A DNA stretch of 64,000 bases from Octopus vulgaris (GCA_951406725.2 OX597818.1:91140001-91204000); one strand, 5' to 3'; positions 28,939 through 41,630 are shown, counted from the first letter of the stretch. Notes: generated by a model from the letters alone, not told the origin. A program made the numbers and translations.

Positions 28939-29685
28939 CATACTAGCAATCAACTAGTAGAGAAGTATGACCTTCACTGACAAAGAAGCCAGTCCTATAT
29001 ATCTGTGTGTATGTGTGTGTCTGGATTTGACACTGACAATCTCTTGAAAGCCGGCATTGGTTCGTTTACGTCCCCGTAATCCAGTGGTTCGGCATTAGAT
29101 ATCAATAGAATAAACACCAGGCTCTTCAATAAGAAAGACAAGGTAAGTATTGGGGTCGAACTCTTCGAATAAAACCCTGCAAAGTAGTGCCCCACAGTGG
29201 CTGCAGTTCAATGACTGAAATAAGTAAAAGAGTGAGATGAAACATACGCACTTTCAGAAGCACGCAGTAACGTACCTACGTACAAACGTACATATACACG
29301 CATACACACTCGCGCACTCATGCGCACACACAGACATACACAGACACAAATACACGCATGCACGCACAGCCATACCTAGATGTTACGCAATGTCACTGGG
29401 TAATGTTCTATATTCGGCTAATTAATCACATGCAGACATGCAAAGAATACGCATAGAACACCGAAAAACATAGAGACAAGCACATTAGGAACATCATGCC
29501 TAATGACCCAGCCGTAAGCTCAAATAATTGAAGTAGTGACAGACAGCTTCACATACAATAATGGGCGCGCACAGATATATATACACAAGCATGCCATTCG
29601 AGAAAAACACTGAATCACGTTACTTAGTGTGTGCTTGTCGGTGTGTATATAAATAATATATACGTCCATATACGTACAAACGTAC

Positions 29686-29736
<51 letters not shown>

Positions 29737-29737
29737 C

Positions 29738-30398
29738 TAAAAAATTCTAGCGGCGAGTTTGCCCGACTTCAGTTCTTCGATTTTTGCTGTAGCGAGTAAA
29801 TTATTTGTGGAAATTGACGATTTAATAGTCTGTTATCATCAGCATATTGGCTTTGAATTAATTTTCTTTAGCCCTTACTTATAAGTTGTTTATAATTTTA
29901 ACCGTAAAGGTATTTTAATATGCTGCCACATTTGTTGATGGAATTTTTTTCTGTAGAGAAAAAAACTTCATACTATATTAGTAGTAGACTTATTAATAAT
30001 CGCTATAGGGTCTGGTAACCCCTATAACCTGTAGTGGGGAACGGTAAACACGTTGTACTGAGGCTGACCAAAGAATTTTCATTTTTAGATATAACTGGGG
30101 TACTTAAATGTACTCATGTTTTTTGCTTCGGCTTTTTCCATGGGCGCATGTAGGTATCTTATTTATATTCTTTCGTAAGCTCTACTGAGGAGGAATAACT
30201 CTTTTATGAGATTAATTCCGAAATTGATTCAATATAGAGATAACGAATTTTAAAAAAATTCTAACGGCCAGCTTGCCCGACTTCAGTTCTTCGATTTTTG
30301 CTGTAGCGAGTAAATTATATGCGGAAATTGACGATTTAATAGTCTGCTATCAGCATATTGGCTTTGAATTAAATTTCTTTAGCTCTTACTTATAAGTT
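29738..30398 (+). mobile_element. Non-coding HHR-containing element with ~150-bp terminal direct repeats (retrozyme-like or partial tandem pLTR)
   Basis: Direct repeats 29738-29887 and 30251-30398 (period ~514 bp), HHR at 30172-30247, TA-rich microsatellite flanks. Confidence 0.7.
30172..30247 (+). ncRNA. Type I hammerhead ribozyme (canonical core)
   Basis: ttcgt-aag-ctcta CTGAGGA ggaat..attcc GAAA ttgattcaa TA tagag-ata-acgaa; predicted cleavage after A30234 (AUA triplet). Confidence 0.8.
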
Positions 30399-30600
30399 AT
30401 ATGTATATATGTATGTATATGTCAGTATTCAGTTTATTTCAAGATTTATTTACTAGTAGAGAAAGGACCGGTTTCGTTGGAATTTTAAGATCAACAATAG
30501 GGTGTGTATGTATGTATGTATGTATGTATGTATGTATGTATGTATGTATGTATGTATGTATGTATGTATGTATATGTATGTATGTATATGTGTATGTATA

Positions 30601-31452
30601 CAGTGTACGGTGAATAAACTGTCGTCTAAATTATGAAAAAATGAGAATAAAACTGACACCTTATCTTAAGACATAAATTACCAAATTCCAAATATATATC
30701 CTGAAATACAAAAAAGTAATTTTTTGCAATAAAATCATCATTGGTTTCAGCCGCGGCCTCCAGACGATTTTGAAATCTCCTGCAACTCTCCTGGGTGGTT
30801 TCTTTGTATAAGTTGCAGCTATAATCATGCAGCTATAATCCTTGCCTTTGGTTCATTCTTGTAATTAAAAAGAATTTTTTGGTCCTTCGCTCAGCTGCGC
30901 CCTAATCATAATAATCAAGGATCGCAGTGTGGAGAGTTAAGTGGCCAGATATTAGATGTGATGTGGTCGCAGAAATTTTCATGTAGCCATGACTGGGTTC
31001 TCCTGCTTGTGTGGTATGGTGCAGAGTCTTGTTGCAGATATAGGGCCTTCAAGGACTACCTCCTCCAGGCACTTGATATAGGCCTCCGTGTTGAGTCTGA
31101 GGCCGTGTGGAAGAATGAATGGAGGCATAACGTCGTCATCACTAGTGATCACTCCAAACAATATGATGTTGACTAGATGTCTTACTTTTATCACTCGTGG
31201 TACATGTTTTGGGGACCCGGCAAAAACTGAGATTGACACCCTAACACTCTTGGAGCTTCCAGTGCGAATGCCAAACAGAACAGGATGTCGTTTCCGAAAT
31301 TCTGGCAGAGTGAATTGCGTCATAGTGCTGTTGATCTCGCAGACGGTGCCCAACTGACCCTACTATAATGTGTATTCGACAAAATTAAAAACAAACTATG
31401 CGCATGCGTGAAATTAAACATATACAATGGTGACAATTACTCATCGCACACT
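30601..31452 (-). mobile_element. Internally deleted second copy of the same Tc1/mariner family with imperfect TIRs
   Basis: Homologous to 2215-3357 (MTQFTLPEFRKRHPVLFGI, ILFGVITSD); termini cagtgtacggtgaataaactgtc / rc aagtgtgcgatgagtaattgtc. Confidence 0.8.
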
Positions 31453-31627
31453 TTACACACACACATATATATATGTACATACACTCCTAAATGCTCGACT
31501 TTGGCAAGTCAACGTGCATAAGCAGCGGTAAACAATAGAAAACATGCAGTTACACACGAAATATAAAATCTGACACATACACACTTGCGTATGCATATAT
31601 ATGTAAATGTATATATATGTATATATA

Positions 31628-31707
<80 letters not shown>

Positions 31708-32007
31708 TAAAGAGAGAGACCTAGACAGACATGTATCATTGGGCATTAACTTTGTTGGCTGCATATTGCTGTGATTTCACCCAATTAAAAACTTAATCAT
31801 CTCGCACTTGATGACATAATCACTTTCATTAACAGTTCCGTAACCAAAAACTACTGTCCTCTCTATCCTTTTTTTTGTTTTTCTCAATTCTTTGATCTCT
31901 CCTGTATTTTGTTGCGCATTTCTTCCTTTCTATTCTTTCGTCATTTTTGCTATTCATTTATTTTAATTATTTCTTATTTCTTTTCTCCTCAGTATTTTTG
32001 AAATGCT

Positions 32008-32044
32008 TATATAAAAGCGCAACAACGAGAACAGGACCTCATTC
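32008..32044 (+). promoter_or_regulatory. Core promoter of the S-crystallin: TATA box plus initiator
   Basis: TATAAAAG at 32010-32017 and TCATTC (Inr-like, A+1 = 32041) 31 nt downstream, 93 nt before the ATG. Confidence 0.65.
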
Positions 32045-32133
32045 TCTATAGACCGTTCGTCTTATATAAGTATTAGACTTATATTCAATACATCTGTTGA
32101 ATCCCATCTATCAACGTCAAACAACAACCAACC

Positions 32134-32266
32134 ATGCCTTCCTACACTCTCCACTACTTCAACCACCGTGGCCGTGCTGAGATCTGCCGTATGCTGTTTG
32201 CAGCTGCTGGTGTCCAGTACAATGATCGCAGGATCGAGTCTTCGGAATGGAACAACATGAGGAGCA
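32134..32266 (+). CDS. S-crystallin coding exon 1 ([16 protein letters not shown]...EWNNMRS, phase 1)
   Basis: accATGc start context; GST N-terminal YFNxRGRAE motif; donor A|gtaagt at 32267. Confidence 0.96.
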
Positions 32267-33595
32267 GTAAGTAACAATATATTAATTATACTTAACACAA
32301 AGAATGTGAGCTCGCCGAATTATTAGAGCTGGCTCTTTACGATTTCAATACAAATACAGCCCAGATAACGTTGGCCCTTTAATCCTTTTGAAACCGATAA
32401 AATAAATTTCTAGTCAAAGCGAAAGTATTAACTAAGGCTCTTCCTTGAAAATTACTGAGTTTGTTAAGAATTTGAAACAATTATGCTTTATATACTCAGA
32501 CTTGCAAATTACAAAATAGAAACTGTAGATTCTTTGTAACTGATTTGGTCTGTACAGAATTAAGAGAAAACATCCGCAATCGTCATTCTGCTTTAACACC
32601 CATCCAGGTCGTCCGGGACGAGAATCTTTTGATTCTTTTCCTTGGCTTTTGAATTGCACTATAATTCTATTAACAGCAGCAATAGGAATTTGAAGATTTT
32701 CGGCAATTTCTCGCTGGTTAAGACCAGCCTCAGATTGCCCAGCAATATGACCTCTTTGAAAATCTGAGAGATGTGCTGAATTTTTTTTTTTTTTTGCGTG
32801 GCATGGTTACTCTTCGCAAATGTTTAATATAATGGCACCTGGAATGAAAAAGAATAATTACGTTGTAAATTCTACACCGCTGAAAACATATTAAGACGCT
32901 TAGATTAGAAATTTTGAAAATTAAAGGTGTCAATTTACTTCCTGCATGTCTGTGTATACTATCTAGTTCCATCCCATTATGTTGTTAGGGCAAATCCTAT
33001 TACACTCAATAGAATTTCAGTTGACTCCTGAGATTATTTAGCCATCTTTGCTTAATTCTACCCAAACTAGAAAACATTAATTTGTCATTTCAAATGTAAC
33101 TGACAACATTACCTTTATAAATATAAAACATATTTGTTGCTTTTATAACAATACTGCATGAGTTATGGAAAACGTAGACATAAGAAATAATAACGATATG
33201 TATTTAGTTTCTGTACGAAATTACACCTGAAGTCCAGCCGGGAATCTCTTTTTAGACTGCTTCGGATGAAGTTTTGGCCTGATAATTTTGTTGTAGCAAT
33301 CGGTATATTAAATGTAACGAAACACAAATAATCGACATTAAATTCCAAAATCATATTTTACTATGCATAATGTCGACGATGGTGAACAAGAAAGCAGATA
33401 TAAATAGTGAAGTAATTTACATGAAGTCACCTACATTTCCTGTTTTCCTTCATAAACATTTATAACAAATATGGGAACAAGTGAATAAAATATTCAAGAA
33501 TCTTTTATTTCTTGTGAAAGAGTTTCGTTGTATTCTGCGACCTGGTCATGTACACTGTTCCTCGGTATTATTAAAATTACAAATAAATTATTTGA

Positions 33596-33639
<44 letters not shown>

Positions 33640-33641
<2 letters not shown>

Positions 33642-35388
33642 ATTTCAGCTCAGAGCTGCGGCCATGCTGGTGCACTGCCGTTTTGTGCTACACTGTTATT
33701 ACTAAGAGCCTCCTCTGATATGTGGCACTTGGTGAAGAATGGAGTTTGATATAGCTACCCTCATTTGCACCTCTTGCCGTGATGTAGGTTCATTTGGGAC
33801 TCTCGACAGGAAGAAGTCCAGCTTTGATTTAAAAACCGCTACATCTACTTTGTGCAAGTTCCTCAGACTCTTTGGGAGAATATTAAAAAGCTGTGGGCCC
33901 TTGAAACCCAGGCTGTTGCAGTAGCTTGTCCTGAAGCGTGATGGCATTGCTGGGATCTTTGGCACTATGCAGTGTCGTCCCGTTCTAGCATTGGTGTAGC
34001 TTTCAATGCCAAAATTTAGCACAATTCCTACTAGAATCTTCCAGATATATATTACTGCATACCTCTCCTGTCTTCTCTCCAGGGAGTAGAGTCTTAGCTG
34101 TTTCAACCTTTCCCAGTAGCTGAGCTGTTGCAAAGAGATGATCTTCTTTGTGAATCTTCTCTGGATTGCTTCAAGGTCCGCTGTTAATTTCACACTGGTG
34201 GGTGACCATAGCTGTGAGCAGTAATCCAGGCGACTGAGGACGAATGTCCGCCAGAGGACCATCATGGTTTCCTTATCTCTAGTTCTGAATGTGCTTAGGA
34301 TCCAGCTAGCCAGTCGTCTGCACTTTGTCGCCATCATGGTAATGTGCACTTGGAAAGAGGTATCATCACTCATGTCGATACCGAGACTTAGGCTCTGGGA
34401 TTGAAATTCCCTGTGGGCCGGAGTACCCTGTAAGTTCAATATTCATTTTTGGATGCTGGTAGCGCAGGGCCTAGAATTTTTCAGTATTAAACTGCATATT
34501 ATTATCCTCAGCCCATCTGTAGATTGAGTCCAACTCATGCTGCAGGTTTGCAACATCGCTGGGGTTCTGTATTTTCTGCGAGACTTTCGTATCATCTGCA
34601 TAGCTTGCCAGAGTGGCTATCCTGGCATTTGAGGGCATATCTGAGAGGGCCACTATATAAAGCAGTGTTCCGAAGACAGTGCCCTGTGGAACACCGCTCA
34701 CTATTTGTGTGTTCATAGAGGTGGCTCCATTAACCACGACTGCCTGACTTCTATCTTTCAGGAAGTCATGTAACCACACTCCAAGTTTTCCAGCTATGCC
34801 GAGGTCACGCAGTTTGTGGCATATCATACCATGATCCACCTTGTCAAAAGCTTTTGCAAAATCAAGGTATATTACGTCCACTTTTGACTTGTTGAGTAAC
34901 TGCCTCAACACCCAGTCATAATGTTGTAAGAGCTGGGTAAGGCAGCTCGTACCTGGTCGGAAACCATGCTGATTATCACTCAGCAAGTTATTTTCCTGAA
35001 GGAATGCGATTAATTTTCCTCTGACTATCCGTTGCATGCCTTTGCTGATGTGTGAAGTCAGAGAGATAGGCCTATAGTTTTTGGCATCTGATCTACTTCT
35101 CCCTTTATGTATTGGGCATATTATTCCCCCCTTCAGCTTGCTTGGCAGTTTTGCCATTTGTAAGAAAGCTCTGGAAGAAAATCTTGAGGGGTTTTGCCAG
35201 GGCATGCTTACACGCTTTGAGGAGGATTGCTGGGAAACCACCAGGACCGGCAGTTAAGTTTGTGTCCACTTCATCTGTGGCGAGTAGTATATATTCTTCC
35301 CTAATGTCAATGTATTCCATTGTAACTGCCTCGCTAGTTATAGGTGAGGCGGCAAAGATGTCCACTGGTTCGTTCACTTGTCTGTGCA
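33640..35388 (-). mobile_element. 5'-truncated CR1 LINE, antisense in S-crystallin intron 1
   Basis: ORFs 34471..35241 and 33702..34439: NYRPISLTS, QHGFRPG, YLDFAKAFDKVDH, GVPQGT, YADDTK, SRLDYCSQLWSP, LYSLERR; intact 3' tail; (TA)n flanks. Confidence 0.92.
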
Positions 35389-36161
35389 TATATATATATA
35401 TATAAACATATATATATATATATACATATATATATATGTATGTATATATGTGTGTATGTATGCATGCATATGCATATATAACAGTTTGATTCAGACAGCT
35501 CGGTACTCTGGTTTCAAGCGTGTTGCTAGTCTTCAGCCATTGGGGTCTGAATTAGAGTCCGATTGAAGAAAGTCAATGTCTTCTACTGGACGCTACCCTG
35601 CGATTGGTCGGAAAAGGTCACGCGGTATAGCAGTTCGATGTTGATATTTCAGTGAATACAATTTGGTTGGAAAATACCGCATGGTGAACAGGAAATCGAC
35701 GGCGTGGTGGACAAGAAATCTCAAGGGACATAGTATACAGCGCCACTTTTACACCGTCCGATAGCATTACTAAGCACTATACTGGGCATGACGGCCAATA
35801 TCTTCAAGGAAGGTATACACAGAGCAAATCGATCCCAGGACTTATCCTTTGTAAGCCTAGTACTTGTTCTATTGGTCTCTTTTGCCGAACAGCTACGTTA
35901 CGGGTACGTAAACACACCAGAATCGGTTTCCAAGCGATGATGGGGGGACAGACAGACAGGCAGACAGATACACACACACACACACACACACTTCTTTCAG
36001 TTTCCTTCTACCAAATCCACTCACACAGCATTGGTCGGGTCGAAGCTGCAGCAGAAGACACCTGCCCAAGTTGTAATGCAGTGGAACTGATCCCGGTACC
36101 ATGTGGTTGGTAAGGAAGCTTCTTACCACACGGCCACTCCTGAGCCTAAAGCATAGAAAGA

Positions 36162-36280
36162 CATTTACAGCACTGAGGTTTCTCAAGCGGTCACCCATCT
36201 AAGTACTCACTAGGCTCAACGTTGCTTAACTTCGCTAACCGGACTAGAACCGGTGTTTTCAACGTAATATGGCCATGAGC
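36162..36280 (-). pseudogene. Full-length dispersed 5S rRNA pseudogene
   Basis: rc gctcatggccatattacgttgaaaacaccggttctagtccggttagcgaagttaagcaacgttgagcctagtgagtacttagatgggtgaccgcttgagaaacctcagtgctgtaaatg; ~119 nt, recognisable A- and C-box segments, many substitutions. Confidence 0.88.
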
Positions 36281-37285
36281 CTAATAACTTCAAATTTAGG
36301 TACGTGGACATCAGTTTTGAGGAAAGGGGCAAAGTTTTCGATTGGTACTTTACTTTATGGACCCCAAGCAGATGAAAATCAAAGTTGGCGGGGGTTGAAT
36401 TCCCGTGTAAAGAAGCGAAAAAAATGACCAACTGATTATTTCCGACGCTCAAACGATTATATCTGTCCCCCGTCCTAATATAAATTCTATTAATATAGAG
36501 TTGAAACAAATCAACTATAGACTCAAGAATAAAATGGGATCATTTTGATTTACATTTTTGTTCTGGAAGGAGAAAACCTGTCAGCTTAGAAGTCATTTGC
36601 TGACCTCTAGATTGATTGGCCTTGAACCTCCATCATAGAGGCACCCTTGACTAAGTTGTCTTCACATTCCAGGGATGTCCGTCAAGCCCACAAGATGAAT
36701 CATCTGTATTCAGTCAATGTACCTTCAATGTATTTTCATGAATATTTGTCATGAAAGACATATGAGCATGCATCACTATGCTCCTAATTCTATGGGAACT
36801 GGACTAATGCGAACACGTGATTAATTGAACTTATATATCCTGAAAATGGTTGGCAATGAAATTGGAAAACTTGTTTATCTTTCAATGACTGAAACCGCTC
36901 GCAATGCTAATATCCAAAATCTAGTCTTCTTTCTCCAAACCACTGTTCGATTAATGATTATAAGAACACATTTTTAAAAGCTGAGTGTCGTTCAACAGAT
37001 ACTGTTATCACAACGCATGTCTAAATGCGAATCGTTGTTGATAAAAAATTAAATATTTTCACCAAATAGAGGTTATTTGCTCACAGTAAGACAAAATTGT
37101 GCAACCTTAGTTTGGTTTCGCATTCTTAGGAATAAACCAAAGTCGTTCAGTCATTATCTACATGGATGCGTACGTACGTTTGAGGCATTGACGTTTAAAT
37201 CTACCAGGAGCATTTGCATTCTGAAAGGTTTGTGATCAAAAAGTTGGCATTGGTTCTAAAAAGTATCCTCTTTATTTTGTTCCAG

Positions 37286-37381
37286 AGATGCCATGTTCCA
37301 TGATGCCAATGCTGGAGATCGACAACAGACATCAAATACCCCAGAGTATGGCTATTGCTAGGTACCTAGCCAGAGAATTTG
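37286..37381 (+). CDS. S-crystallin coding exon 2 ([33 protein letters not shown])
   Basis: tttattttgttccag acceptor; [16 protein letters not shown] motif; donor G|gtaagt. Confidence 0.96.
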
Positions 37382-37606
37382 GTAAGTACATACGAAGTAT
37401 ATATTTGATTTTAAATAAATATTGAATATGTCATAATAAACAGCACGGGAACAGCTGTAACTAGAAATAGTAAGTTATATATCTTTCAATATCATGTTCT
37501 TACCCACTTCTCAAAAATGATACTAATATTACAGCGTAGAAAATATATATTCAGATAATATATGATGTAAGATAATTTATTTGAAAATTATATAAATGTA
37601 CATTTA

Positions 37607-37654
<48 letters not shown>

Positions 37655-37838
37655 TGTGTGTGTGCATTTGTATTCGTGTGTGTATGTGTGGGTGTACGTG
37701 TGTGCGTTGTTTGAAGGACATGTGGCTAATAAGCTTTGGTTTCGGAACAGCCACCATGAAAGGCTTATTTGTGTTGTATTAATGTTTAAAAGTGAGTTTG
37801 AAATAGAATATAGGGTTCATATATATATATACATACAT

Positions 37839-37923
<85 letters not shown>

Positions 37924-39139
37924 AACCACATGGCTACACCAGAAGTTTAAATACCATAATAGTAATAATAGTACTTAGATTAAGCACCCAAAATATTTTC
38001 TATGAATCAGAGACCAATAAATGAGCGTGCATTCCAAAATGTATTGGTTGTTTCTGCTATATCCTGCTCACCTAACAGAAAACAAATCTATTCCGGTGCA
38101 TTATATTAAAAAAACTTATCAAAATATTTTAAAATGGAGTTTAAAGACTTTCTGGTGTTAAATAGAAATGTATACAACGGAAAATGTTTAAGAAATTATT
38201 TCTTTATTCATTTAGTTAAGCGAAGCTTTTGAAAACTTGAATTTAAGATTATACTCTCTATATTACCCATTTTCAAAATACAATTTATTTATATCTCTCG
38301 GTGCAAATCTCTATTCGGAATAAAATTATCAAATGTAGCTTACCGTAATAATGCAAGTAGTGAACGAATTTGAATGAAATTTGTTTGCTCTCTTTTTAGC
38401 AAATTAAGCAACCAGTTGAGTGTCTTTTGTAGGCTCAAATCAAAGCAATTTTCTTTTTTTTTTCTTTTTGAATAGACAAAGTGCCACTCTAAATAAACGC
38501 CGAACAAAATTTCAATGCCTGTCAAGGCAGTCATGTTTGAAATCACAGGATTTTGACGCAGACTTTAATTATATTTTGTGACAGTATACTGATTGGAAGC
38601 CACTCTAACAAATAGACGTGTCGATAATGTAAATTCCGCATGCCGATTACTTGCAGTCATAAATACAGTACATGATGTTATACCTAGTGGTAGTTAAGAA
38701 AATAAATTGAAATTGCTTATATGAGAGTTAATAGAAAGCAGTTCGTTATATAAGCCGTAGCGGAAAGATATCCTTTGTTGAATAAAAATTCTTAATAGCA
38801 ATATTAGACTTTAAATATTAGAAACAATTAATATTTATAATGTTAGACAGAAAAAATATATTAGTCACTTAATATAGCAGTTATGGAGCAGAATCAGTTA
38901 TTTATAACATCATAGAATTTACTTTCTATCAGTGTCTATTTTGATTTTACTTTTTACCAGTTCGTTTTCAAACCCATCGTCTCAAAGTAACATTTTTAAA
39001 ATATTTGTACAGATGCATACATACATATGATCATATATATATATATGTCTGTGTGTGTATTTATGTATGTATGTATGTATGTATGTATGTATGTATGTAT
39101 GTATGTATGTATGTATGTATGTATGTATATGTATGTATG

Positions 39140-39173
<34 letters not shown>

Positions 39174-39177
39174 TATG

Positions 39178-39227
<50 letters not shown>

Positions 39228-39875
39228 ATGTGTGTGTATGTGTGATGCGTATGTATGTGTGTGTGTATGTATGTGTATATAAAGGCTTGTGGACAAGCGG
39301 TTAGTATGTTGCAATCATGATCTTAACTATGTGGTTTCGACTCCCAGACTGGTATTTAATTTTCTTTTGAGCAAAACACTTCATTTCATGCCTCTCCAAC
39401 CCACTTAACCGTAATCTTGGGAAGGGGCTTGCTGGCCTGTGTACCCAGCCATTTGTTACGGTATCAATCGAAAGGTAAAACAATGCGAAGAAGCGCACTG
39501 TGACCAGTGGTGTATAACAATGTTGGATATTCTGGTCGATAAATTGATATTTATATATACATACATACATGCATGCATACACGCGAAGCACACACACACA
39601 CATATATGCATGTGTGTGTGTGTTTGTGTGTGTATGTGTGGTGTGTGTGTATGTGTATGAAATGTACTACTATAAAATGCTAGTCATACCAATATTAATA
39701 TCCGGTTTTACCACATTTCCAAAGATACATTTGTCACTAAATAGACTTCCTTTTAGTTTTCTTAAACTTGACAATTGAAATTTAAGACTTCATCGATTGA
39801 ATTCCACAAAACTTGAGTTCTACATATATTTATGTATCATACTACAAATTGATATCTCCGTTTCATTTCGCGTAG

Positions 39876-39991
39876 GTTTCCATGGTAAGAGTAATATTGA
39901 GATGGCCAGAATCGACTTCATTTCAGACTGTTTCTATGATATTCTGGATGACTATATGAGGGTGTACCAAGATGGTAACTGTAGAATGATG
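39876..39991 (+). CDS. S-crystallin coding exon 3 ([39 protein letters not shown])
   Basis: tttcatttcgcgtag acceptor; lies inside ORF 39797..40126; donor ATG|gtatgt. Confidence 0.96.
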
Positions 39992-40199
39992 GTATGTATG
40001 CTTTATTTATCAGTTGATATTAGAAACAAAAACAAAGAGAAAGATTACTATATAATATTATTTATTCTATTATATACTCCAGTGCAACCTGTTCCGTGGT
40101 CGGGTCGTCGGCGACTAAACTGGTAACCCCACTAGACCTGCTTGGTGAAGTGGGTGCTTGTTGAACACCTTGCGGGACAAACATAAGAGCCGTTAAAGG

Positions 40200-40905
40200 G
40201 TTGAGGAACTGCAACTATCAGTTCACAAATACAGTACAATCTACATTTACAGGACCCAAAGTCACTACAATCTCAGAGTCACAGGCAGTGAAAGATATAA
40301 GCAAGATGCCAACAAAGGGCAGACAACTGGCAGGATAGATACTGAGGTCCTTCAAGACAAGAGACCAAGAAACTATGTTGACATTGTGAAGAACCTTTGT
40401 TCTCAACCGCCTGGACTAATGCTCCCAGTTATCGTCACCACATAGTGCAAAACTAACAGCGGAGCTTGAAGCAGTTCAACGCCATTACACTAAAAAGATT
40501 GAAGCAGTACAGCGGATGAGCTACAGAGATAGGCTGAGAAAACTGCAGCTTTACTCCCTGGAGCGAAGGCGTGAGAAATATGTAATAATATACGTATAGA
40601 AAATCTTAGAAGGGCTAGTAACTAACTTTGGTATTGTGTGTTATACAAATGCCAGAACTGGCCGCCCTTATATTGTGCCAAAGGTACCATCCACCCCATC
40701 TAAATTCAGGACCAGATATTGCAGTAGTCCAGGGCAAAAACCTACAACTATTCAATGCGCTGCCACAAAACAGAAATTTGCATTAGGTGGAAGTAGATGC
40801 CTTCAAAAAGGAACTTAGATATCCTCCTCTCCACAATACTGGGTGAACCAACATGAGGTAAAGACGAGGGCAGCGGAATCAAACTCCATTATAAACCAAC
40901 TGTGC
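40200..40905 (+). mobile_element. Older degenerate CR1 fragment in S-crystallin intron 3
   Basis: LWRTFVLNRLD, LQLYSLERRREKY, YTNARTGR; homologous to the 33702..34439 ORF. Confidence 0.8.
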
Positions 40906-41069
40906 GAAAACCAACCAACAGCTGCGACGAAGGCACATACAGGAGTAGTGATGTGAAACACCTAAACTGAGGAAGTCAGAAAGACCAGTAAGACCACGGC
41001 CGCATGGCTGAAACGAGTAAAAGAATAAAAGACTATATATATTATATATGCCTTATATATGTATATATG

Positions 41070-41127
<58 letters not shown>

Positions 41128-41579
41128 TACATATATACATATACATATATATAAACATACAAAATATATATATATATCTGTGTACGTGTGTCCTTGTTTC
41201 TACCCCCACCATCGTCTGACAACCGATGATGCTGTGTTTACGTCTCCGCAACTTAGTAGTTTGCCAAAACACTCCGATAGAATAAGTACTAGGCTTACAA
41301 AGAATAAATCATGGGGTCTATTTCTTCGACTAAAGAGGGTGCTCCAGCATGTCTTCAGTCACATGCCCGAAATAAGTAAAACAATACAAAACTATGCCAT
41401 TTCAATACCAAGCAACGCCGGGTATCTATGGTAGTATAATCCCTTGTTGATCAAATGCCAAGTATCAGAGGTGGATTCACATATTAGTGTAGCTCATTCA
41501 GCGATGGTGCCCCAGCATGGCAGCGGCCTTCGGGCTAAAACATTTTTAAGGATTTAAGGATTTTATATATATATATATA

Positions 41580-41630
<51 letters not shown>

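Noticed and set aside
29800-29860. Minus-strand QYADDN resembling an RT catalytic motif, overlapping a CTGATGA
   Set aside because: No other RT motifs, disrupted in the second repeat copy, and no proper GAAA or stem I for a hammerhead
31805-31825. tgatgacataatca as the AP-1/ARE element reported for squid crystallin promoters
   Set aside because: Matches neither TGA(C/G)TCA nor TGACnnnGC; cannot be supported
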